Shown here piece by piece: positions 1 to 11,839 of a stretch of 64,000 nucleotides of DNA (the stretch's first letter is position 1; each line of letters starts with the position of its first letter). The stretch lies in assembly GCA_010909165.1 (NCBI GenBank), contig MU008216.1:186001-250000 (forward strand). Direction: 5' to 3'. The DNA is from Anthoceros angustus. Its lineage: Eukaryota > Plantae > Anthocerotophyta. A model generated the notes under the pieces. That model did not search any database, was not told the origin of the DNA, and saw only the letters and a program-made list of their open reading frames with translations. The position numbers were made by a program, and so were the translations under genes.

Positions 1-114
1 TGAAGGTATAACTCGCCAATCGGCATGACTTATTATAACACACACGGAACATGATTGCTCTAAATCCGGGAACCAGGCGAGACTTGTGGTAACATGGAAC
101 CTATGATCATGGTT

Positions 115-350
115 GGCTTCAAACCCCTCGAGCGGTTCGGGACACGAGCGGAAGGGGGGAACACGAGTCACCAGTGAACCATATCGACATGGGAGGTCAC
201 TGGAACAGGCATCCCACATATGGAACACCACATATGTCTGGGACATGCCACGATGAGAGACTTGGCAGGAAACCGAACAGAGTAGCCATCCACATCCATG
301 GAATCCCTGCTTTGACTCGAGAAATTTTCCCTGTCCAGATGCAATGCGCT
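115..350 (-). pseudogene. Diverged tandem duplicate of the 3' end (last zinc finger, stop and 3' UTR) of the adjacent UFD1-family gene
   Basis: Shares blocks with about 405-640 at an offset of ~290 bp: cttcaaac.cctcgag, cagtgaaccatatcga.atgggag, catcccacatatgg, ccgaacagagtagccatcc, catccatgga.tccctgctttga, ttccctgtccagatg. It contains indels. Confidence 0.75.
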
Positions 351-458
351 AAAATCCGTGAACCAAGACCCCTCATAACATGCTGTTAACGGAGCATGGC
401 ACGCTTCAAACTCCTCGAGTTGTTCGGAGGGAAGAGCGCAAGGGAGAAGCGAGAGTCA

Positions 459-2893
459 TCAGTGAACCATATCGATATGGGAGCTTAAATCACGTTCACT
501 GTGAACAGCCATCCCACATATGGGACAGGACACCGAGAGAGACCTCCGAACAGAGTAGCCATCCGGTTTGTCCATAGGCGCACCATCTACATCCATGGAT
601 TCCCTGCTTTGAATAGAGAAATGTTCCCTGTCCAGATGTAAATTCAGCTGCAGCTCCGCTTCTGACCCACTGTATCTCTCCGCACAAATTGGGCACTCCA
701 CAGCAGGAGAGCGCTCTGACGGCCCTTGAGTGAACACCGCTCCATCAGGAGTAGAGAAAGGCAAACTCTGGATCACAGATTGCTTGCTTCCTGGGGCCTC
801 GGCTGGTTTTGCAGAGTGCGCCGCTGCTATATGCAGATCCATCTCTTTGAGCATAATAGCTCTACCGCATGAAGCACAATTTGCTGTCCTGGAACCACAA
901 GCACTCTCATGTTCCGACAGTCCTCGTAACTTATCTCGCGGATCTTCTGGACTACTGCCTGCTTGGACCATGTCACCACAAAACCTGCAACTTATCAAAC
1001 GATGTGGGCAAACACTAGCCTGGTGAACAACCTGCAGAAAAGATGTTCTGTAGTGAGACGAGGGCAACCACAGTTTCTCCATACCAGTTCAACATATGTA
1101 ACAGCATACAGTCCAAGATCAATCTGTGTGCTAGCATAAACAAAGCAAACCATACATACCATTTCCTTCCTCTCCAGTACGGCACCGCATTGACACTCGG
1201 CAGGCTCATGAAACACTTTTACATGCTTTTCTAACTCCTCCCTGGTAAAAGCCTCGTGGCATCGTTCACAATGCACATGCTTGTACATCTCCTCTTTACG
1301 CAAGACCACCCCACATCCCGGATGACTACAGACCACATTATGCCTCCAACAATACGCCTCATGCAATGATTTGGTCTGAATTGCCACCCATTGCTTACAG
1401 TTCCCACATTGCTCAACATTTGAGGAGCTTGGACCAGCACTTGAACTGGAAGCTCTGCGCTGATCCGAAGCAAGCCTGTGCCCCTGTGGTTTTCCCTCTT
1501 TAGAGACTCTTGCCTCAACTTGAAGCTTGTACTTTGCAGATCCTCGGAATCCATATACTCCTATACTGTAGGCACCAGCAGGTAAGGCTGTCTCCGAAGA
1601 GGTCAAACTGACGGTCTTGGAGCCCAAGTCATTACAGGACCACTGATGTTGATGCTGCGTGGGAAACAGGGTCGGGTGAGCTGCGACATAAATATCAGCA
1701 TCTGCATCCTGTCCTTCACCCTCCATTTCCATCTGCAACGTGACAGTCAACTCCCCAGCAGCCACTGCCTCAGCTAGCTTTTGATCTACTACGAATGTGT
1801 AGTAATTGAATTTCGCCTCCTCCACAACACCAACAACAGGCTTCCCTACAGGGAGTGAAACCAGTCTGCTCTGCGAGCCTTTCCCAGAGCCGTCCGGCGG
1901 CAGGACATCAGCTTCCAAATCTGTCTCTAGAACGGAAACTTGTCTACCAGGTTTCAACTCCAATATACGAAGGTTATAACTGAATCCACCGTGCTGTACA
2001 ACTAGCAGGTCACCAACAGTAAGTGTCGTGTGCTGGCGAAGCTTTGTTTCCAAAACAGCTTTATGATTGGAAACATGTCCGAAATCCAGGCCTTCAGGCT
2101 GTAACTTCGCGTACGTTCCCTTGGGGAGTCTGATGTATCGAACCCTGACCAAAGGCTTCTCCTGTGTCTCAGACAGGCCCGAATTGAGCCACACGTGCGA
2201 AGGCAACTCCACAACCCCCTCTGGAGCCGTGAACTCCAGCACACCAGCGTGAGTCACCTTGCCGAAGTCTGCATCTCCCTCAATAGACGACCCCAGGTCA
2301 CTCTCCGCCCTATCAGGTCCACCACTGGATCCACCAGGAGCTTCCTGCGGCTGCCTCGCTGCCGAGACCTCAAAGAACATAGGTCCTTTATCCAGAGCAT
2401 TTTGGCCGGAAAGCTCCTGAAAAGCAGAAGTTGGCAGCCTGATTTTATCCCCGTCTCTGGTGCATGCCACGGCAGTCAGAATTTTTCTGAAAACGACACC
2501 ATCCCCCTCCCGCACATCTTCTTCCTCCTGCTGTCGCGCCTGCACAATTGCGTAAGTCAAATTTCGATCAAACAGCCAACCACAAGGCCATCAAGGCCGC
2601 AACTGAGCCACACAATGTGCCATCGGAAAGCCCTAAAGCCTGCTGAAAGACTTCCCAAACCCTGGCCAACCTATAGTCTCCAAGCACGCAACAAGCGGTA
2701 TCATTCTTACAGCTAAAGTCGCAGCAGCCTCATCCAAGCGCCTCTGCCGTTGCGCAACTTCTAAGGCCTGCTGCCGTGCAGCTGCCTCCTCCCTTGCCTT
2801 CCTTTCTCTCTCGATCCGCTGCCTGGCCTTTTCCTTCTTCTCATTTTGTTCACGTTCCCACTTCTCTTTTGCAGCCCGCAGTTCGTAATCCAT
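459..2893 (-). CDS. UFD1-domain protein with TRAF/C2H2-type zinc fingers (PRLI-interacting factor K / AT4G15420-like); exons 2893-2711, 2539-1160, 1031-459; 711 aa
   Basis: Three ORFs join in frame through canonical sites: GCT|GTAAGA at 2710, TGCAG|GCG at 2540, ATG|GTATGT at 1159 and TGCAG|GTT at 1032. It has an N-terminal coiled coil (MDYELRAAKEKWERE) and a UFD1 core (GDKIRLP, THAGVLEFTA, LPKGTYAKLQP, NHKAVLE). It also has CxxC...H...H fingers and two C-terminal CPIC fingers. Confidence 0.93.
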
Positions 2894-3744
2894 GCAGAGA
2901 TGCTTCTAGCCCTTAGTACGATCTCCTATCCAACACTGCCAGGAACTCCGATATGTGGCAGAAATGTGGGCAATCAGATCTGGAGTATGCGGCAACCTTC
3001 CGAGCCAGATTCAACAACAGAACGCGCTTCACCTACTGCCGCTATAGAATCTTGGCACACAAAAGCCATTCCTTGGGGCCATCACAAGTGTAGAATCTTC
3101 GCCGATGACAAGGACAACCGATTCTAGGCTCCTTCGCAAACACCTGCATATCAATTCTAGAAGGATCCCGTCACTGCGGGCATCCTCCTCAGGAGGTAGA
3201 TTAAGAAGTAAATGAGTTTTAAATATTAATTTTTAAGTTAGGATATTTACATAGTTAAAATACTACCTATTATTATCACATTATTATTTATATTATAAGG
3301 TATAATAATATATTAAATTCCTTAAAATACAGAACGTTGGAGGAAAGTGCGCACCAGAGGAATATGGAACGAGAAGACTTGGGAACAAATACGGTAGTTT
3401 TGGGGTCTAGCCCCCTTAGCCGGCCCTCTAGAAGGTTGTTCTCATGGCCCTGGTGCAGATGTTACTTCCCATCTCTACGTATTCATAAATTCTCCATGTT
3501 TATATGCTCAAAAAATATATTCTTGAATTTATCTATATATTATATTTTTAAAATAAATTTTATATATTTATATCACATATCTTTGTTTAGAGAGAGAGGA
3601 CCAGAGACAATATAGATATGCACATATGGGGAAGTCCCATGTACAACAAGGGAATGTTGATATGCAAAGATGCATATGGGAAGTCCCACCTACACAAGGG
3701 AGTGGGGAAGAACCCACTGGAGTATCCCATTCCAGGGGACTAGC

Positions 3745-4250
3745 CCCCATGATTGTTTATTATGAAATTATCAATTGCCCCAAGATGTTGCAATTGGGAA
3801 TAAGGAAGGGCCTACTCACCATCGGAGTTGAAGATGTTGCGTCTCTCACATTTAAAATTGTCCTAAAAATTGTGTTTGCCACTACCCTCTGCAAGGCAAT
3901 AAAAGGACGTTGCCGAAAGAAAGTCACCACACAAGATAGGGGGAGACATACCACCACACAAGATAGGGGAAGACATACCCCATTCTTATGGGTATGGTAG
4001 GCCCTAGCACAGCCCTTGGTAAACATCACAAAATCTTTGTCCATGGCCCCATGAGTCCCAATAGCAAGAGGAATGAACGCATGGCCTCCATGCATGGGGC
4101 TGTACTTGTGAGCCTTGGCATGCATCGCGCATCCCTCCGCCACCCAACCAAGAGGATTGATGATGACATGCTCGTTGACGGTATTTCGAGTAGGGTCTAT
4201 TACAATCACATTTGCAATGGATACTTTTAGCAACGGGTGGGGTGCCTTGC
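3745..4250 (-). mobile_element. 3' fragment of a CRE-clade non-LTR retrotransposon (restriction-like endonuclease domain)
   Basis: ORF 3760-4233 reads VIDPT...AKAHKYS...FIPLAIGTHGAM...FFRQR..IALQR, colinear with 36950-37410 and 21750-22010. It ends in ATAATAAA like the other copies. Confidence 0.8.
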
Positions 4251-5339
4251 AAGGATTGCATTAGGCAGTAGACACATGCGTACGAGACATAGTTAGAGGG
4301 AACTCACTATCATGCTGGCCTTTTTGACAAGACAAGCAGTAGTCCCAGTTAGAAGCAATATTAATATTTCAAAAGACAACAGTCTCCCATTAGACTTTCA
4401 ACGAAAAGAGAAGTGGGTCTAGACAAGGCCAGTCCTGATGTCATCAGCAATGACGAGTACTTGGAAGAAAAGTGACTAGACTCCATAGCACGATGTGACT
4501 GGGAACATGTATTAGTCAAGCAACCTCAAAGTCACAAGCAGCGGAAAGGAAAGCGGAAAAAGAGGTAGACTTTCCAAGCCTGCATATCAGCAAGCAACGG
4601 GCATCACACTCACACTATAGAAAACAAGTTAGAGGTAGGAGGACAACTACCTTGTCTTCACAAGCCTATTTTATCACAGTAGTGAGCAAGGTAGTTTCCA
4701 ACCTGCCCAATTCTCTAGATACGTGTGGGGTCAGCCTTATAGGCAATTTTCCCACCCGCTTCTAATAATATCCCTCCCTCCCTCATCAAATAAAACCTAG
4801 CTCAAATCTAGTTTTAGCACTAATACTAAAGAAAGAAAAATCTCCATTTTACGGTAAAAAAACCTCAATAACAAAGAAAACGTCTCGTGAGAAAACATTC
4901 GAAAAGAAAAAGCTAACATTAGGAGTCCTCACCTTTCTCCGCACCTTGCTTGGAACTCTAAAAGTCCTCATATAATAGGACAATCTACAAGGATATGGAA
5001 ACCTTGAAAACTCAGTAAGGGAAGAATTTTTACAAAACCATTTGCCTTCTTGCATCTTTTTTATATATGTCTGCGGGATAATCTACAAGGATATGGAAAC
5101 CTTGCCAAAACTTTGTTAAGGGAAGAATTTTTACAAAACTATTTGCCTTCTTACATTTTATATATATATATATATGCGGAAACATATCACTAGAGAAAGA
5201 TTTTACCTACTTCTATTTCCTTCCTAATATAATGGTAATAAATATCAATATGCTTGATAAATATATTTTTACCCGCTTTTATTACCTTTCTAATATAATG
5301 ATGAAAAATATCAATATACCCGGATAATGAAATTCCATT

Positions 5340-5495
5340 TAAGGCGAGAATCAATATTAATTTCATCATCATTAAAGCGAGAATCAATATTAAGCGAGAA
5401 TCAATATTAATTTCATCATCATTTAAAGCGAGAATCAATATTAAGCGAGAATCAATATTAATTCCATTTAAAACGAGAATCAATATTAATTTCAT
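5340..5495. repeat. AT-rich short tandem repeats (GCGAGAATCAATATTAA core)
   Basis: The core recurs about 6 times, interspersed with TTTCATCATCATT(T)AAA. Confidence 0.8.
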
Positions 5496-5729
5496 TTTTT
5501 TGAGGATAAAGTGAAGATTGACAAGGCATGGTACATCTTGGGTGACCTGCAGTTCTTAAGCTATATGGAATGAGCCAATGATTGGGAAGATATTTCCACA
5601 TTCGAATCGAGGTGAAGATAAGGGGAAGTTATCCAATTACAAGCTCATTATATTGGAGCTTTGAGTGCAGGTGCTACGCAGTTACATGTGCAGGAGTTAA
5701 TCTTATATATATTGGCTACTTGGAAGACA

Positions 5730-6010
5730 AGGCCCTAGATGTTACGGCTGAGTGTTGTGCCAGAGGTGTTGCGTTTGAATGCTAGGCCCTAGATGTTGCG
5801 GCTGAGTGTTATGCCCTAGGTGTTGCGGCTGATGCTAGGCCCTAGATGTTGCGGTTGAGTGTTATGCCCTAGATGTTGCGGTTGAGTGTTATGCCCTAGG
5901 CGTTGCGGCTGAATGCTAGGCCCTAGATGTTGCGACTGAGTGCTATGCCCTAGGTGTTGCGGCCGTTGCTAGGCCCTAGATGTTTGCAATTGAGTGTTAT
6001 GCCCCAGGTA
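5730..6010. repeat. Minisatellite with 24-27 bp units (GCCCTAGATGTTGCGGCTGAGTGTTAT and ...GAATGCTAG variants)
   Basis: About 11 visible units with two alternating variants. Confidence 0.9.
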
Positions 6011-6449
6011 TTGCGTTTAAACATTGACTTCTGTGTTGTGAAGTTATGCCCTATGTGGTGTGGCTGATTGTTGCTTGAGATGGTGGCTGATTGTTGCCTG
6101 AGATGGTTCGGTTGATTGTGTGATTGTTGTGAGCTCTATTACATGTTCGTGAGTCCATTTTCATCTACAGTTGCTGCTTATCTGCTTTTCGGTTGGGCTT
6201 CTTTCCGGCTACAGGGGGATCTCCTGCCCCCGGCTTTTGGGTGCTGAGTTACAGGTGTGGGCGTTAGTTTGGTGGTTGGCAGTGGTCCTGTGGGTTGCAC
6301 CCCCTCTTGGCTGGGGCCCTTTGGCCGGCCTTTTGGGGTTCGCCATACGGAGCTGTCGCACGAGGTAAGCACTTGAATTCATATAAGCACTTCCTCGACC
6401 AACAACCAAGCAAACAAATCTGATACGCAGATATATAGGTGCAACCAAT

Positions 6450-6502
6450 TAGCATCGCCTAGCATCGCCTAGGGTAGCTTAGCATCACCTAGCATCGTCT
6501 AG
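6450..6502. repeat. 10-bp AGCATCGCCT repeats, same family as the Gypsy leader repeat at 17280-17445
   Basis: gcttagcatcacctagcatcg(t/c)ctagcgtcacctagc occurs at both loci. Confidence 0.85.
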
Positions 6503-7394
6503 CGTCACCTAGCATCGCCTTGCGGATACATGTTGGAGAATGTGCCAGCATGCATGAGCGGGAAGAAGCAAGTCCAGGAGGATTTTGGCATGATCCGAGG
6601 AGTGGGAAGGTCGATTGCTTGGGCAAGCATTTGACATGGACATGATGACTGGTTGTTCACCGCTACCGAGTCGCTTACCAACTTGAAACCAAGAAGGCGG
6701 GGTTGAAGCAATGGGTTCGGTGGGTGAAGAACATTCTAGCACTATCTCAGAGAAGGCGAGTTTGGGCAAGCATTTGACATGGACATGATGACTGGTTGTT
6801 CACGAGTCGGGTACCAACGAAACCGAAGGCGGGGTTGAAGCGGTGGTTGTGGGTGAAGAACATTCTAGCACTCGCATCTCAACAGGAGAAGGCGAGTTTG
6901 GAGGGCAAGGAGAGTAAGCGCGTAGAAGAAGCGTGCAAGCCATCTGAGCCACAGTACCCTGCAACCTGCGATGACAAGGTCCACCGGTTGCCAAGACAAC
7001 TCAAATGGGACAACCCTATCATCCGAACATCCATCGGCCACGGTAACCCTTCACCGACTCCACGTCGGAGGTTAGGTACTCCCCATCAAGTCCCTTACGC
7101 CTCGGCGCAATCCTTGCTTTTGGATCCGGGTCACAATGCACGTATTAGATGATGCCACACTTCGACCGCCCGGTCAAGTGTGGCATCCAAAGAAGAGACT
7201 CCTAGGCCGCTGCGGCAAGCAAGGCGGCTAGGACAATCGCCTCCTCCTCGCTGCAAGGGACCCGGCGACACTGCTGCTGGGAAGCTCGAGCCGACCAAGC
7301 GGGAGGCGCCCTCTTGGCTGGCAGTCTTGAGGACTAGGCGCGAGGCCATAATCGGGAGGACATGGGAGGTCCTCCATTGCGGCGCTTAGCTTCC

Positions 7395-9310
7395 ACAATT
7401 TCTCCCACGCGTGCCCCTCGCCACTGCAAGAGGGAGCTCGGGGCCTGACCTGGGCTGAGGCTATGTCTGACGGAGGGAGGTGAGGCCCTCACGGCCTCAA
7501 TTTCCCTCGAGGTAACCACGATAAGGATGTGAAGATTGTGAGCCTAGGCATGCAGCAGCCAGCTCTCCTATCTGATCGATGCAAGCATCTTGATGCGGTC
7601 ATGAAGCGGATCGAGTGCGTGAATTCTGACTTGTTCCCACAGTCATGTTGTAAGCCGCTCTGATGAAGTGACACGGGTTTTGCTTCATCTGCTCCTACTC
7701 CCACTCGCTCTAAAGCTATCTAATTGCTTTGTGTCTTGACTGCGGGATCATCTTGAGGATTGAGGAGGATCTTGTTCCTCCGAAGATTACATGTGCGGTG
7801 AGGACTCCGATGCTACGAAGGCCTCCAGTCCTCCGACTCGGAGAATCCAAAGGAAGAGTCCTCCAGACCCGAGAATCAGTGGGATTAGGTAGCAGGGCAT
7901 GTAGGCTAGTTGGGGTTAGATAGGAAAGTTCCGGACTCTCCTAACCCCGGACCTCGAACATGCTTCTCGTGCGCTCTTTTGAAAGAGCTTTCGTTAATAT
8001 ATCTGCGGGGTTTTCTTGTGTAGGCACATACTCCGGTTGCTTGACTAACCTTCCGCTTGCGTTTGGGATCGTGTTTGAGCTCGGGGCCTCACACGTGGGC
8101 TGAGGCTATGTCTGACGGAGGGAGGTGAGGCCCTCACGGCCTCAATTTCCCTCGAGGTAACCACGATAAGGATGTGAAGATTGTGAGCCTAGGCACAGCA
8201 GCCAGCTCTCCTATCTGATCGATGCAAGCATCTTGATGCGGTCATGAAGCGGATCGAGTGCGTGGTCTGACTTCTTGTTCCACTGGTCATGTTGTAAGCC
8301 GCCATGAAGTGACACGGGTTTTGCTTCATCTGCTCCTACTCCCACTCGCTCTAAAGCTATCTAATTGCTTTGTGTCTTGACTGCAGGATCATCTTGAGGA
8401 TTGAGGAGGATCTTGTTCCTCCGAAGATTACATGTGCGGTGAGGACTCCGATGCTACGAAGGCCTCCAGTCCTCCGACTCGGAGAATCCAAAGGAAGAGT
8501 CCTCCAGACCCGAGAATCAGTGGGATTAGGTAGCAGGGCATGTAGGCTAGTTGGGGTTAGATAGGAAAGTTCCGGACTCTCCTAACCCCGGACCTCGAAC
8601 ATGCTTCTCGTGCGCTCTTTTGAAAGAGCTTTCGTTAATATATCTGCGGGGTTTTCTTGTGTAGGCACATACTCCGGTTGCTTGACTAACCTTCCGCTTG
8701 CGTTTGGGATCGTGTTTGAGCTCGGGGCCTCGACACGTGGGCTGAGGCTATGTCTGACGGAGGAGGGAGGTGAGGCCCTCACGGCCTCGAATTTCCCTCG
8801 AGGTAACCATAAGGATGTGAAGATTGTGAGCCTAGGCAGCATGCAGCTCAGTCTCCTGACCGATGCAAGCATCTTGGGTCATGAAGCGGATCGAGTGCGT
8901 GGTCTGACTTCGTTCCCCGTCATGTTGTAAGCCGCTTGAGTGACCGGGTTTTGCTTCATCTGCTCCTACTCCCACTCGCTCTAAAGCTATCTAATTGCTT
9001 TGTGTCTTGACCGCAGGATCTCTTGAGGATTGAGGAGGATCTGTTCCTCCGAAGATTACATGTGCGTGAGGACTCCGATGCTACGAAGGCCTCCCTCCCT
9101 CCGACTCGGAGAATCCAAAGGAAGAGTCCTCCAGGGCCCGGCGATGGTGGGATTAGGTAGCAGGGCATGTAGGCTAGTTGGGGTTAGATAGGAAAGTTCC
9201 GGACTCTCCTAACCTCGAACATGCTTCTCGTGCGGCTCTTTTGAAAGAGCTTTCGTTAATATATCTGCGGGGTTTTCTTGTGTAGGCACATACTCCGGTT
9301 GCTTGACTAA
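7395..9310 (-). mobile_element. Three head-to-tail ~640-bp copies of a decayed Ty1/copia RT-end/RNase H segment
   Basis: The unit recurs at ~7400, ~8090 and ~8735. The minus strand gives GFSES..., TAHVIFGG and, in two of the units, EYVPTQENPADILTKAL (copia RNase H C-terminus). Confidence 0.75.
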
Positions 9311-10129
9311 CCTTCCGCTTTTTGGGATCTTTGTTTGAGCTCGGGAAGTGAGATCAAGATTACGGAAGTGAGATGAGGAGTCAAAGTGTGAGCTCCTCTT
9401 CACTCGAGAAGGTCACCAGAGGATCCTTCAACCTTAGCGACTAAGGATCTAAATACTCCTATGTGTTTTCGTGGAATCACCTCAATCGCCATTACACTAA
9501 TGACATTTCGTCACGCATACGGGTCCTTCAACCTCTTCCGGATCTGCGGTGACATTTCAACATTTCAACATGCCTCTACATTTCGGATGTTACGACTAAC
9601 CATGCTTCGTGAAATCCCTCAGATTGGTTTTTCAGCAATTACGGCATACTATGTAGATTATCGAGTGAAGGCCTATCGAAACTCTATACCTATTGCGTCT
9701 ATTAGAAATTAGCTCGGTAGGCGAGGTACGCCTTGGCGCTCTGGATTGGCCATTTCATTAGGCGACTTTGTCTTGCTAATATGCAAGAACTCGCATATCA
9801 TTGTATTACAAATCTTTATATGTAGCACATAATCAGTGATTGTCCTAGTGTATCTCCATTGGAATTGCAAGGCAATCCAAAGGAAGTACACTAGGATTCT
9901 AGATTCGCAGTTGCTATAAAATTTTCAACCGGTATACTCCGGCCTAGGTTGAACTCACTACTCCAATGGAGTAGCGAGATTATACATGTCTGACCGGGCC
10001 CTTGATGAGTCGGCCAATTTTACCCCTAGTCTACCTAACATGCATATATAGCCCTACATGCAATATCTAGAAAAGCGAATTCCCATGGTTCAAGGAAGTT
10101 GCCTTCCTCGGCCCTCGAAATAGGTTTCT

Positions 10130-10380
10130 ATCTACATGCTACTTTTCCCAAGGACCAAGGAACATCCTTCCGAAACCCCAAGACCAAGGACTAGGTTTCT
10201 ATCTACATACCATTTTCCCAAGGACCAAGGAACATCCTTCCCAAGACCAAGGACTCGAAATAGGCTTCTATCTACTTGCTACTTTTCCCAAGGACCAAGG
10301 AACATCATTCAAACCTCAAGACCAAGGACTTGAGTCTTCTTCCCAAACCCCAAAGACCAAGGACTTGAGTCCTACCTATT
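10130..10380. repeat. ~70-bp tandem repeat (TTTCCCAAGGACCAAGGAACATC...), 3 full units plus partial units
   Basis: ttcccaaggaccaaggaacatc recurs near 10145, 10215 and 10285. Confidence 0.85.
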
Positions 10381-10849
10381 TGAATAGATAGGACTACGGA
10401 CTCAGTAGCGGACTTGAGCGGCCACCGCTTCTCGGTGTGACCACACCACCGTCCTCCCATCACCACTTCCTAGGACTCCCCTCTTGTGCGTGGGAAACTA
10501 GGCGAGGTAAGAGGAGCTCTTGCTCGACATTCTGCAAGGAGTCCGGTGAGGTCCTCGGGTTAAACAACATGTTCAAGCCACTTGTTGGATGAGAAGCTTG
10601 TTTCTTTGAATATGCGGTGGGTCATTGTGCTTCTCCTTCCAAGTCGAGCTCTCGGAAAGCTGAGCACAGGAGGTGTGCCGGATTGGATATGGGAGTCGTG
10701 ACACCTGTAACCATCAGGACGTTATGTGAGTAGGGAAAGCTTATTGAGGCCGTTGGAGCTCTGTAAAATCTAGCGTAGATAGACTATTCTATTCCTCATT
10801 CCATCTTATATGTCGTGCTAAAACTTTGTGCAGATAAGAAGGACATGGT

Positions 10850-11800
10850 TGTGGGATGACGCGTTCATGATCTCACATCAAACTTGGAGTGCAGTCAATC
10901 ACATACTTGGGGAACCATATCTTGCGGATGTATGTATCCGGAGGTAGGCTACGGAGGGTGGGCAAACCAAATCCCTTCATGTGGTTTTCAATAATCTCAC
11001 ATGCTACACATGGGGAGCCTAATGAGGCGATACAACTTTACTATGCGATGTGTCGCTCGTGTGAAGGCGGATGCCCACATCTTTGTAGCCCTTCAAGCTT
11101 GTGCATTTCTTTGTGGACACGGAATCTAGCGAAAAGTGCGGCATGATATGTTGCAGTGACATTCCACCGAACTTGTTTATTGCCAAGTACATGGTATGCA
11201 TAGTATGGTGGTGGAAGGCAAACACGGTTTTCGATAGGTTAGGCGAGAAAGGATGTCGTGACATGGACGGCCACGATAGTTGGGTATGCAAATCATGGGC
11301 TTGGCCAAGAGGCGCTTGTTCTGTATGGACAAATGGAGAAGGAGGGCACGATTGTGGGCAACCATGTTACCTTTGCTTGCCTTTTGAAGGCATGTGCAAG
11401 CAGCAAGTGCCTTACTGAAGGCGGTGCACTCACAGTTGTGGAGAGGACTAGATAACACACTTGTGGGCACTTGCAGTGGACATGTAGGCAAAGTGTGGCG
11501 AAGTAGAAGATGCGCATCAAGTTTTTCAATGCTTGAGCCCAAAGGATGTGGTGACTTGGAATGCCACGATTCTTTGGGTATGGACAAAGGGCTTGGTCAA
11601 GAGGCGCTATTTTTGTATGGACGAATGCAAGGAGGGCTGCTTGTGGTGATGAGGTTACTTTTGCTTGCCTTTTGAAGGCATGTGCAAGCATTGGTGCCTT
11701 GAGAAGGCGGTGTGCACTCACGGCTTGTGCAAAGAGGACATTTGGATAGCTTGTGGGCGCTGGTGGACTGATGCCAAGATGCATGCCTCGTTTTGCTTGG
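10850..11800 (+). pseudogene. PLS-class pentatricopeptide-repeat (PPR) gene relic, frameshifted and truncated
   Basis: Stitched frames give VFDRL.E.DVVTWTATIVGYANHGLGQEALVLYGQM...VTFACLLKACAS...LH and a second repeat, KGLGQEALFLYGRMQ...DEVTFACLLKACASIGAL. No E/DYW domain was seen. Confidence 0.85.
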
Positions 11801-11839
11801 CTAGGAAAATTCTTACACCGACATTTACAATGCGCTGGC

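Noticed and set aside
5730-6010. Regular repeat array that could look like CRISPR
   Set aside because: No unique spacers, eukaryotic context, and no cas genes.
6509-7152. Gene-like plus-strand ORFs with a 143-bp duplication
   Set aside because: No recognisable motif. Probably decayed TE sequence.
9440-9710. Possible copia gag remnant (SSRIRVLQ...)
   Set aside because: The similarity is too weak to call by eye.
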